Shown here in pieces: positions 20,142-28,744 of a stretch of 64,000 nt of DNA. Position numbers and translations under genes: made by a program. This DNA comes from a bacterium (lineage in GTDB: Bacteria; Elusimicrobiota; Elusimicrobia; UBA1565; UBA9628): NCBI GenBank assembly GCA_021846045.1, contig JAJZCM010000004.1, positions 1,244-65,243 of the forward strand, in the 5' to 3' direction. The notes under the pieces were generated by a model. It had not been told where the DNA came from and did no database searches. It saw only the letters and a program-made list of their open reading frames with translations. Each line of letters begins with the position of its first letter. The first letter of the stretch is position 1.

Positions 20142-21839
20142 ATGTCCGAAGAAGAAGTTTCTCACAAGGAAGATTTGAAAGAAGAAGTGGTCGTGAGGCA
20201 GGGCGCGGAGGAAATGCCGGAGAAACCGGCGGGTTCGTCTCCTGAGGGATCCGTGGGCGGAGACGATAAGCGCAGGCCGAAACGCCGCCGTTTCCATCAG
20301 CAGAAACGCTCGGAGCGCCAAAACCCGCGGCATGGAAATGGGCGTCCTTCTCAGGAGTCCCATGTGGCGGCTTCAGAAAATGCCCAAGGACACGCGCAGC
20401 CGACTCCGGTGAAAAGAGAAATTTTGGCAAACGTCAATGCGGAGGAAGTCCGCATTGCGATTTTGGAAAATGGGAAGTTGGTCGAACTCTTCTGGGAAAG
20501 AAAAAACCAGCAGAATCTGGTTGGGAATATTTATAAAGGGGTCATTGAAAACGTCCTTCCCGGAATCTCTTCGGCCTTTATCAATATCGGCTATGATAAA
20601 AATGCCTATCTTTACATCTCGGATGTTTTGGGAGATAAAAACGCCGGGATTGAATCTATTCTCAAAAAAAACCAGCCGGTGATGATTCAAGTCGCGAAAG
20701 AGGCGATTGGAACCAAGGGAATGAAGGTGACCATGGCGGTCAGCCTTCCGGGGCGCTATGTGGTGTTTACGCCTTTTGAAAATTTTGCTGGAGTCTCTAA
20801 AAACATTGAGAATTCCGATGAGAGAGCGAGGCTTTCCGCTTTAATGCAGGGCTTTGTCTCGGGAATTTTGGGCGGGAAGGGATTGGTGGCAAGAACCGAG
20901 GCTGAGGGAATCCCGGCGGATGAACTTGAACGGGAAGTGCGCTATCTCTTAAGTCTTTGGGAAGACATTCAGAAGAGGATGGAATCCGGACAGGCGCCGG
21001 CGCTTCTTCATAAGGATTTGGACTTGACGCTTCAGGTTGCGCGCGATATTTTATCTGAGGACGTCTCAATCTTTTTGTGCGACAACAAAGAGGCGTGCGA
21101 GCAGTTGTCGGAATTCATTGATAAAATCTCGCCCGAGCTTAAAAAGAGAATTCAGTTCTATGAGGGGAAGACCCCGATATTTAAGGCGTTTAAAATCGAG
21201 GAAGGCATTGAAAAAATGCGTAAACCCATCGTCTCTCTGCCTAACGGGGGCTCTATCGTCATTCAAGAGGCGGAATCTCTTTGCGCCATCGACGTTAATA
21301 CCGGACGTTTCACCGGATCGAAATCACAGGAAGAAACAGTCACTCAAACCAATATCGAGGCGGCTAAGGAAGTCGCTCACCAGCTGAGACTGCGAAATAT
21401 CGGCGGCATTATCGTCGTCGACTTTATCGATATGAAAAAGGCTTCCAATAGAAATAAGGTGATGGATGCTTTTGCTGCGGCCCTCCGAGGAGACCGTGCG
21501 AAAATTCGGATACTTCCCATTACCAGACTGGGCTTGATTGAATTGACGAGAGAACGTAAGCGCGAGTCTACGGTCAAATTGATAACCCAGGAATGCCGGG
21601 AATGCCACGGCTCAGGGCGGGTTCTTTCGGAAGAAACGATGCGCATCAAGATTCAAGAAGAAGTTTTGGATATGACGCGCGGACGACCGGGCGGACAAGT
21701 TCGCGTCTGCGTTCACCCGCTCATTGCGGAATTTCTCAAGTCCAAGCAGTCAACGATAGAAAAAAATATTCAGCGTTCGATTAAGATCGAATCTAGCCCC
21801 GCCATTCCCTTGGAGGATTATCGCATTATTTTAGAATGA
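20142..21839 (+). CDS. Ribonuclease E/G family
   Basis: VGNIYKGVIENVLPG S1 domain, IDVNTGRF, GGIIVVDFIDM, CRECHGSG; disordered N-terminus; SD GGAGG favours ATG 20142. Confidence 0.95.
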   Translation: MSEEEVSHKEDLKEEVVVRQGAEEMPEKPAGSSPEGSVGGDDKRRPKRRRFHQQKRSERQNPRHGNGRPSQESHVAASENAQGHAQPTPVKREILANVNAEEVRIAILENGKLVELFWERKNQQNLVGNIYKGVIENVLPGISSAFINIGYDKNAYLYISDVLGDKNAGIESILKKNQPVMIQVAKEAIGTKGMKVTMAVSLPGRYVVFTPFENFAGVSKNIENSDERARLSALMQGFVSGILGGKGLVARTEAEGIPADELEREVRYLLSLWEDIQKRMESGQAPALLHKDLDLTLQVARDILSEDVSIFLCDNKEACEQLSEFIDKISPELKKRIQFYEGKTPIFKAFKIEEGIEKMRKPIVSLPNGGSIVIQEAESLCAIDVNTGRFTGSKSQEETVTQTNIEAAKEVAHQLRLRNIGGIIVVDFIDMKKASNRNKVMDAFAAALRGDRAKIRILPITRLGLIELTRERKRESTVKLITQECRECHGSGRVLSEETMRIKIQEEVLDMTRGRPGGQVRVCVHPLIAEFLKSKQSTIEKNIQRSIKIESSPAIPLEDYRIILE

Positions 21840-23065
21840 CAACCCCTATTTTCGCGTCAAAGGCCTTTCGCCGCTTTTTGATTTTAGCGCCGCTTATTTT
21901 TCCGCTTTCAGTTTTTGCTGAGGCGGCGCCCATTTCAATTGCGTTTGCCCATACCGGCAACCCTCCGAAAATCGTTTCCGGATACCGTTTAGGCTCCGAT
22001 TATTTTTTGGGCGCGGATGAAATGGCGCGTCTTTATGGAGCGCAGATCTATTGGCGTCCGGTATCAAAAATCGTGGAACTGAGCCGCTCGGGGCGTATCG
22101 TCGCTTTTAAGGCCAATGCGGCGGCGGCGTCTGTCTCGGGACATGCGGTTCCGCTTAAGTCTCCTATCGTGTGGAGCGCTTCGGATGCGTGGATTCCGGT
22201 TTCTTTTTTGGAGTCCCCTGCTTTCGCTGACTGGTCCGGGACCCCGGCCTTTTTCGATCAGCGTAAGTCGCTTTTGACGATTGGGGAATCAAAGCCTCTG
22301 TCGCCAGTGATTGCTCCTATCCATCCCAAAGCGGCTCCCGTTGCGAAACCGCAGGTTCCTTATGGACGCATTTGGGTTAGAAAGCTTCGCATCGTCGTTG
22401 ATCCGGGCCACGGCGGAAAGGACCCGGGCGCGAGGGGAATTCATGGCGCTCTTGAGAAGGATATCAATCTTAAAGCCGCTCTGGAGCTTGTCCGTTTGCT
22501 GAAAAAAACCGGCGTTTTCGACGTTCGCTTGACTCGTCACGATGACACCTTTGTCTCTCTTTCCAAACGCTCCGAGATTGCCAACAAATGGAAGGCCGAT
22601 CTGTTCGTTTCCCTTCACTCCAATGCCGCGCAAAACCCCAGAGATTCCGGATTTGAGACTTATTTTATGTCTGAGAAGGCTTCCGACCCGCACGCGCAGC
22701 GTTTGGCGGAGTTTGAAAACTCTTCCATTAACTATGAGTCCAAGTTTCGCCAACAGGCTGAAGTTCAAATGCTCTTGGGCGAGTTATCGAAAACGGAATA
22801 TGTCAACGCTTCTTCGGAGTTCGCGGGTCTGGTTTCCCGGGAGACCAGCGGAGAGGTCAATATCCCGGACAAGGGGGTCGCACAGGCGGGGTTTTACGTG
22901 CTAAGAGGGACTCACGCGCCGGCCATCCTTTTTGAGATGGGATATTTGACCAATGCCAAAGACGAAGAGGATTTAAGGAGCGAAAGTTTTCGCCGGCGCC
23001 TCATGCGCGGTTTATATTCGGGGATTGTCGATTATGCAAAAAAAATCAACCATCCAAAAAAATAG
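21836..23065 (+). CDS. N-acetylmuramoyl-L-alanine amidase (Amidase_3) with N-terminal accessory domain
   Basis: Signal peptide; IVVDPGHGGKDPG, EKDINL, SLHSNA, LFEMGYLTN. Confidence 0.94.
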   Translation: MTTPIFASKAFRRFLILAPLIFPLSVFAEAAPISIAFAHTGNPPKIVSGYRLGSDYFLGADEMARLYGAQIYWRPVSKIVELSRSGRIVAFKANAAAASVSGHAVPLKSPIVWSASDAWIPVSFLESPAFADWSGTPAFFDQRKSLLTIGESKPLSPVIAPIHPKAAPVAKPQVPYGRIWVRKLRIVVDPGHGGKDPGARGIHGALEKDINLKAALELVRLLKKTGVFDVRLTRHDDTFVSLSKRSEIANKWKADLFVSLHSNAAQNPRDSGFETYFMSEKASDPHAQRLAEFENSSINYESKFRQQAEVQMLLGELSKTEYVNASSEFAGLVSRETSGEVNIPDKGVAQAGFYVLRGTHAPAILFEMGYLTNAKDEEDLRSESFRRRLMRGLYSGIVDYAKKINHPKK

Positions 23066-23873
23066 CATTCGGGAGACCGCTCGCCCTATTGGAGTGTTTG
23101 ACTCGGGGATTGGAGGGCTCACCGTTTTTAAAGCTTTGCGCGCATTGATGCCGGAAGAGGATATAATTTATTTTGGGGACACGGCGCATCTGCCCTATGG
23201 TTCGAAATCCAAGGCTTCGATCGTTCAATTTTCGGTTGAGATCGCCCGTTTCTTATGCCGACAAAATATTAAAGCGTTGGTCGTGGCTTGCAATACCTCC
23301 ACCGCGGTGGCCTTGTCCGAAATTAAAAAAGCCGTTTCTATTCCGGTCGAAGGGGTTATTGTTCCCGGAGCGCGGGCTTGCTCCCGGATTGGTTCCCAGA
23401 AAATTGGAGTGATTGGAACCGAGGGGACGGTTAGGTCAGGGGCTTATGCGAAGGAAATAAAAAAATTTTTTCCTCAAGCCCGTGTTTTTCAAGTGGCGTG
23501 TCCTCTTTTTGTTCCCTTGGTTGAAGAGGGATGGTGGAATTTTGACGTGACCGAAGCGGTGGCGCGGATTTACCTCAAATCCCTTCAAAAAGCCCGGGTG
23601 GACTCCCTGGTTTTGGGGTGCACTCATTACCCGGTTATTAAATCGGTCATTGCGCGCGTCATGGGGAGAAAGGTATCGTTGATTGATTCTGGAGAAGAAA
23701 CGGCCAAGGAGTTTGAAAAAACATTGGAGTCGCTCAAATTGAGAAAGAAGAAAGGCCGCGGCTGGTCTCGCTTTTACGCTTCCGATGATCCCGGGCGGTT
23801 CTTGAAGATGTCCCGCCGCTTTCTCGGCTCCTCAATTACGGTCAACCAAGTCTTAAAGAAAAATTTTGAATAA
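23034..23873 (+). CDS. murI: Glutamate racemase
   Basis: IGVFDSGIGGLTV, PYGSKS, VACNTST, LGCTHYP. Confidence 0.97.
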   Translation: MQKKSTIQKNSIRETARPIGVFDSGIGGLTVFKALRALMPEEDIIYFGDTAHLPYGSKSKASIVQFSVEIARFLCRQNIKALVVACNTSTAVALSEIKKAVSIPVEGVIVPGARACSRIGSQKIGVIGTEGTVRSGAYAKEIKKFFPQARVFQVACPLFVPLVEEGWWNFDVTEAVARIYLKSLQKARVDSLVLGCTHYPVIKSVIARVMGRKVSLIDSGEETAKEFEKTLESLKLRKKKGRGWSRFYASDDPGRFLKMSRRFLGSSITVNQVLKKNFE

Positions 23874-23963
23874 CTGCTCAGGTTCGTCATTCCGGCGCAA
23901 GCCGGAATCCAGAAAATCGCTGCTCTGGACCCCGGCTTGCGCCGGGGTGACGTGAGTAGTTAA
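23870..23963 (+). mobile_element. 94-bp MITE-like element carrying an inverted CGTC-REP hairpin dimer (copy 1)
   Basis: Imperfect 12-bp terminal inverted repeats ATAACTGCTCAG / GTGAGTAGTTAA; direct repeat AATTTTGA at 23862-23869 and 23964-23971; core 23885-23952. Confidence 0.85.
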
Positions 23964-23976
23964 AATTTTGAATGAT

Positions 23977-24573
23977 ATGAATGAAACGATCGCTTTAATG
24001 GCGCGGGCCAAGGCTTCCATTGATAATGGCTTGAGTCGGTTGGGCAAGGACATGGATTTCCAAAATCCCGTGGACTCGGTCTTGGTGGTCTTCGCTTCTC
24101 GCGCCGTGGCCTCTTCCAATGCGATAGCCTTGTTGATTTCCCACGGACATGAGATCGAGGCCTTGCCCATCTTGAATGCCTTGAGCATTCTATCGGTATG
24201 GTCGCGCTGGATCATGGAGAAAGACTCGGAAGATAGGGCCAATGAAGCGTTGTCTCAAATCTCAAAACCGGATTGGGTAATCTATTGGCAGAAGGATTTG
24301 TTGTCCGAGCGCGCCGCGCATCTTAATTTTGAAAGCGCGCTTAGACAAATGATCATTGAGCTTAAACCTCTCAGGTTTTACTCTAAAACCGGCAGCGTTC
24401 CCTGGGATCATTTATCCGAAAAATACTTTTTTAGGCCCCCGGCGGCGTCTACGGTGGGCGAGGCCGCGGGCCTTTTTATGACGCATATCGTGGAAGCGTT
24501 GGAAGTTCGATGGAAGGGATATTTTACGGGACTAGAAGAAGTCGCTAATCGACAGCGGAGGCAGAAGGCATGA
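23977..24573 (+). CDS. Hypothetical all-helical protein, weakly reminiscent of DUF5677/HEPN-like folds
   Basis: About 198-aa ORF; stop overlaps the rho-like start (ATGA); family guess is weak. Confidence 0.7.
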   Translation: MNETIALMARAKASIDNGLSRLGKDMDFQNPVDSVLVVFASRAVASSNAIALLISHGHEIEALPILNALSILSVWSRWIMEKDSEDRANEALSQISKPDWVIYWQKDLLSERAAHLNFESALRQMIIELKPLRFYSKTGSVPWDHLSEKYFFRPPAASTVGEAAGLFMTHIVEALEVRWKGYFTGLEEVANRQRRQKA

Positions 24574-25598
24574 ATAATCCTGAACAACATGGATCGGGCG
24601 GCGGTCATTTTGGGCGGAAGAGGTTTCGCCCTCGTTATCGTAACCGTCCCGGGCAAAGGTGGAATAAGAGGCAAAACAACAATCCTAATTCCGGCGGCAT
24701 GGGAACCATGGAGGCGAGATCTCCCCGGGTTTTAAGCGAAATAGAAAAGGCTTTCGCTGACAAAACTCCGGTGGACCCCCATCAATGGATCCAGTTGGAA
24801 AAAGGCTCGTCGGATTTGACGATGCGCGCGATGGATTTGTTGTGCCCCATCGGACGTGGAACCCGGGGCTTGATTGTCGCTCCTCCGAAAGCGGGAAAAA
24901 CCACGATTTTAAAATCGCTATCGAATACTATTTACGCGGTGGACCCGAGCATCAAGCAGTATTGCCTGTTAGTGGATGAACGCCCCGAGGAAGTGACCGA
25001 TTTTAAAAGGAGCGTCAAAGCCGAGGTGTCTGCTTCATCCAGCGACAAGAGCTACCAAGAGCATGTGGCGACCGCGGAGGCGCTGATGGGAAAAGCGATA
25101 GCGGATGCGGCCGGCGGCGCGGATGTTCTGATTCTGCTGGATTCTTTGACCCGGCTTTCGCGCGTTCATAATCAATTCGCGGGCGGGTCCAGGACCATGA
25201 CGGGCGGGCTTGATTCCCGTGCGATGGAAGTTCCCCGCCGTTTTTTCGGGGCCGCTCGAAAATTGGAGGAAGGAGGGTCTTTGACCATCATCGCCACGAT
25301 CCTAGTTGACACGGGCAGCAAAATGGATGATATTATATTCCAAGAGTTTAAAGGCACGGGGAACATGGAAATCGTCCTTTCCCGACAAGCCGCGGAGATG
25401 CGGCTTTTTCCGGCGATGAAGGTTCGCGATTCCGGAACTAGAAAGGAAGAAAAATTATTTCCTCCTGATGTCCTCGAAGGCGTCTGGAAGTTGAGAAGGC
25501 TTTTGGCGGATAAGGGCGACAGCGAGGCCTTGAAGTCTCTGTTGGAGTTGATGCGCACGCATAAAACAAATCACGCACTATTGGGAGCTCTTAAATGA
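24570..25598 (+). CDS. rho: Transcription termination factor Rho-like protein lacking the N-terminal RNA-binding domain
   Basis: APPKAGKT, LVDERPEEVT, LDSLTRL, DTGSKMD, EFKGTGNME, SGTRKEE; only about 55 aa precede the ATPase domain. Confidence 0.93.
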   Translation: MNNPEQHGSGGGHFGRKRFRPRYRNRPGQRWNKRQNNNPNSGGMGTMEARSPRVLSEIEKAFADKTPVDPHQWIQLEKGSSDLTMRAMDLLCPIGRGTRGLIVAPPKAGKTTILKSLSNTIYAVDPSIKQYCLLVDERPEEVTDFKRSVKAEVSASSSDKSYQEHVATAEALMGKAIADAAGGADVLILLDSLTRLSRVHNQFAGGSRTMTGGLDSRAMEVPRRFFGAARKLEEGGSLTIIATILVDTGSKMDDIIFQEFKGTGNMEIVLSRQAAEMRLFPAMKVRDSGTRKEEKLFPPDVLEGVWKLRRLLADKGDSEALKSLLELMRTHKTNHALLGALK

Positions 25599-25981
25599 AC
25601 GACGAAAAAAAAGCCCTTCATAGCGATTTAGCGCCTAAGGCGATTGGACCTTATTCTCAGGCTGTCCAAATGGGAAATTTGGTGTTTGTTTCCGGACAGA
25701 TTCCCGCAGATCCCGCCGGAAATCCGGTCAAGGGAACGATTGCGGATCTGACCAATCAATGCTTGGGGCAAATCGACGCCATTTTGCGTACGGTCGGCTT
25801 GTCTTTGGCGAACGTGGTGAAAACGACGGTTTATATGACCGATTTATCGCAATTTCCGGCTATGAACGAAGCCTATGCCGGACATTTCAACCAGCCCTAT
25901 CCCGCGCGCGCGACCGTGGAGGTTAAATCCCTTCCCAAGGGCGTTTCAATCGAGATTGACGCCGTCGCTATCCGAAAATAA
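25595..25981 (+). CDS. ridA: RidA/YjgF enamine-imine deaminase
   Basis: APKAIGPYSQA, FVSGQIP, PARATVEVKSLP, IEIDAVA. Confidence 0.93.
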   Translation: MNDEKKALHSDLAPKAIGPYSQAVQMGNLVFVSGQIPADPAGNPVKGTIADLTNQCLGQIDAILRTVGLSLANVVKTTVYMTDLSQFPAMNEAYAGHFNQPYPARATVEVKSLPKGVSIEIDAVAIRK

Positions 25982-26003
25982 AATTCGGGGTTTTGTCAAG
26001 ACC

Positions 26004-26032
26004 TTGACAGAAGCCTTTTGTAACGGTAAACT
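26004..26032 (+). promoter_or_regulatory. Putative sigma70 promoter of nrdJ
   Basis: TTGACA (26004-26009), 17-bp spacer, TAAACT (26027-26032). Confidence 0.65.
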
Positions 26033-26085
26033 TCTTCTTACCGTTTGTTTCCCATATAAAAATTTTTCAGACTCGGGGGTTAATC

Positions 26086-28602
26086 ATGAGCCATAAAACA
26101 TCAATCGAAAAAGTTGCGCATTCATCAGGGAGTGTTTTGGTCACCGAAAACCAGTTGAAGGTTATTAAGGATAAATATCTCCGTGATGCGGCGTCTGTTG
26201 AAACGTGGCTCAGGGGAGTCGCTCACAATATCGCTTTAGCGGAAATCATTTACGATTCCCGAGCCGAGGAGTGGGGGGCGTTTGACGGCGTTCATATCGT
26301 TTCTGAAAAAATTCCGGCCTCTTTAGGCGTCGCCGTTTCGCGCATGAACCTTTTTCACGACGGATTGCGTTCTTCTTCAGAGCGGGAGAAGAACTTCGCG
26401 TGTTTGATGTCAAATCTCGAGAAAATTTACCAAAAAAATAAAATTGCGCAATCCTTGGTGTCCACGTGGGAGGATAAATTTTTTGCCTTGATGTCCTCTT
26501 GGGATTTTTTGCCTAATTCTCCGACTTTAATGAATGCGGGGCGGGATTTGCAGCAGCTGTCCGCCTGCTATGTTCTTCCCGTGGCCGATTCGATGGAGGG
26601 CATCAATGATGCCTTGGCCGCGCAGTCCTTGATTCAAAAATCAGGCGGCGGAACGGGTTTTGCTTTCAGCCAGCTTCGCTCCCGAGGAGATTTGGTTAAG
26701 AAAACCCACGGCGTCGCTTCCGGCGCGATTTCCTTCATGCAGCTTTTCGACAAGATGACGGAAGTCGTCAAGCAGGGAGGAACCCGCAGAGGGGCGAATA
26801 TGGGTATATTGCATTACACCCACCCCGAGATCAAGGATTTTATCACTCTTAAATCACAGCCCGGCGTCATGGAAAATTTCAACGTCTCGGTCGCCATTGA
26901 TGAGACTTTCATGAAAGCGGTGGCTGCCGACTCTGAATACGATCTCCTGAATCCCCGCACCAAGGAACCTGCGGGGCGGGTCAAAGCGCGTGAAATTTTC
27001 GACTTGATGGTAGAACAGGCGTGGAAGACCGGAGACCCGGGCATGATCGTCATCGACCGGATCAATTCCTCCGGATCAAACCCCACTCCCGCGTTAGGGC
27101 ACATTGAGTCGACCAACCCTTGCGGAGAACAGCCGCTTTTGCCTTGGGAGCCTTGCAACTTGGGTTCTCTTAATCTTTCTAGTTTCGTCCATGGAAATGT
27201 CATGTCGGGCGAGTTTGATTTTAAGAAACTCGGCGAAGCCGTTCGGACTGCAGTTCGCTTTTTAGATGACGTCATTGAGGTTAATAATTATCCTCTTCCT
27301 GAAATCGAACGAATGGCCAAGGGAAACCGCCGAATAGGCCTTGGCGTCATGGGTTTTGCCGAGGCTTTGGTTAAAGTGGGAATCGCTTATGATTCTGAGG
27401 CTTGTTTTTCTTTCGCCGAAAAATTAATGCATTCCATTAATGACGCGGCGCTCAATGCCTCCGAGGAATTGGCCAAGGAGCGCGGCGTATTCCCGAATTG
27501 GAAAAACTCCGTTTATGATCCGGAAGGATCTCATTTTAGGGGAGAAAGCCGCACGCCTCGCCATTGCGCGCGCACAACCATCGCTCCAACCGGAACGATT
27601 GCTATTGCCGCCGGACTCCAGGGCGGAGGAATTGAGCCCTTCTTTGCTATCGCCTACACCCGCTACAACGCGCAGGCTCTCGCCAAGATCAAAAACGGAG
27701 AAAAACCGGCCGACAAAGACGTCTTCTTTGAGATTAATCCTCTTTTTCAGAGCATCGCCAAGGAAAATAATTTCTTTGGACTCTCGGAAAAGGAATTGTG
27801 GGGCTTAATCGATAAAAATCACAAGTCCGTGCGGGGGCTCTCGGCCGTTCCGGCTAAAATCCAGTCGCTGTTCCCGACCGCCCATGACGTCGGAATCGAA
27901 GATCATGTCCGCATTCAGGCCGCGTTCCAAAAACATACGGATAACGGGGTTTCAAAAACTATCAATCTTCCGCATTCCGCTACGGTTGAGGATGTTCGCC
28001 GGGCTTATCTGTTGGCCTATGAGCTCAATTGCAAGGGAATCACGATTTACCGCGACGGTTCGAAGGCCCAGCAGGTTTTAAACATCGCTCCGGCTCAGGA
28101 GAAAAAGAATCGCCGCGAATCGGTCCAGCGGGCTTTCGGCGTTTCTTCCGAGTATTATCAGATGCGGACCGGTTATGGGCCGCTCCATATTCACATCAAC
28201 TACGATGAGCGGGGCCCTTACCAGATGTTTACCAATATTCCGCCCTTGGGAACTGAAATTTCGGGACTTACGTCTTTAGTGGGAATTCTCCTTTCCAAGT
28301 ATTTTGCGGAGGGAGGAGATCCCATTCGCGTTTTGAAGCATCTCAACTGCGTCAAAGGCGACCGCCCGTCCGGCTTCGGTGAAAATAGGGTGGACTCAAT
28401 TCCCCATGCCATCGCGATCGCCCTTCGTCAGCACTTGAAAAAAACCGGATGGCTGGAAGAAGGCTCGGGCTCGGCTAAGATGGAGGCCGTGCCGCTTCCC
28501 CTGAGCTCGTATTGCCCAAAGTGCTATTCTTCCAATGTTTCGTTTGAATCCGGATGTCCCGGTCCCGTTTGCCACGACTGCGGCTTTTCCGAGTGTTCAT
28601 AA
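26086..28602 (+). CDS. nrdJ: Class II (adenosylcobalamin-dependent) ribonucleotide reductase with C-terminal TSCPD-like domain and Zn ribbon
   Basis: FLPNSPTLMNAG, LSACYV, RRGANMG, TNPCGEQ, CNLGS, TIAPTGT, KGITIYRDGS; no intein seen. Confidence 0.94.
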   Translation: MSHKTSIEKVAHSSGSVLVTENQLKVIKDKYLRDAASVETWLRGVAHNIALAEIIYDSRAEEWGAFDGVHIVSEKIPASLGVAVSRMNLFHDGLRSSSEREKNFACLMSNLEKIYQKNKIAQSLVSTWEDKFFALMSSWDFLPNSPTLMNAGRDLQQLSACYVLPVADSMEGINDALAAQSLIQKSGGGTGFAFSQLRSRGDLVKKTHGVASGAISFMQLFDKMTEVVKQGGTRRGANMGILHYTHPEIKDFITLKSQPGVMENFNVSVAIDETFMKAVAADSEYDLLNPRTKEPAGRVKAREIFDLMVEQAWKTGDPGMIVIDRINSSGSNPTPALGHIESTNPCGEQPLLPWEPCNLGSLNLSSFVHGNVMSGEFDFKKLGEAVRTAVRFLDDVIEVNNYPLPEIERMAKGNRRIGLGVMGFAEALVKVGIAYDSEACFSFAEKLMHSINDAALNASEELAKERGVFPNWKNSVYDPEGSHFRGESRTPRHCARTTIAPTGTIAIAAGLQGGGIEPFFAIAYTRYNAQALAKIKNGEKPADKDVFFEINPLFQSIAKENNFFGLSEKELWGLIDKNHKSVRGLSAVPAKIQSLFPTAHDVGIEDHVRIQAAFQKHTDNGVSKTINLPHSATVEDVRRAYLLAYELNCKGITIYRDGSKAQQVLNIAPAQEKKNRRESVQRAFGVSSEYYQMRTGYGPLHIHINYDERGPYQMFTNIPPLGTEISGLTSLVGILLSKYFAEGGDPIRVLKHLNCVKGDRPSGFGENRVDSIPHAIAIALRQHLKKTGWLEEGSGSAKMEAVPLPLSSYCPKCYSSNVSFESGCPGPVCHDCGFSECS

Positions 28603-28610
28603 AAACGAAG

Positions 28611-28704
28611 GCAACTACTCACGTCACCCCGACGAAAGTCGGGGTCCAGAGCAGCAATCTTCTGGATTCCGGCTTGCGCCGGAATGACGAACCTGAGCAG
28701 TTAC
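28611..28704 (-). mobile_element. 94-bp MITE-like element with CGTC-REP dimer (copy 2, inverted relative to copy 1)
   Basis: Ends GCAACTACTCAC / CTGAGCAGTTAC; perfect 8-bp direct repeat AAACGAAG at 28603-28610 and 28705-28712; near-identical to the reverse complement of copy 1. Confidence 0.87.
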
Positions 28705-28744
28705 AAACGAAGTTTAGCTGTATAGGTTTTGTAGAATAATTGGA

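Noticed and set aside
23853-24242. Minus-strand ORFs crossing the REP/MITE elements (also 28554-28739, 42885-43070, 42945-43178)
   Set aside because: Their apparent shared peptides (VTPAQAGVQ, LDSGLRRND) are just translations of the repeat.
25982-26085. Cobalamin riboswitch or NrdR box upstream of nrdJ
   Set aside because: The leader is only about 50 nt after the promoter, and I could not match either consensus.
26086-28602. Intein or group I/II intron in nrdJ (a common hotspot)
   Set aside because: Active-site motifs are contiguous; no C/S..HN-C/S/T splice junctions or homing endonuclease motifs.
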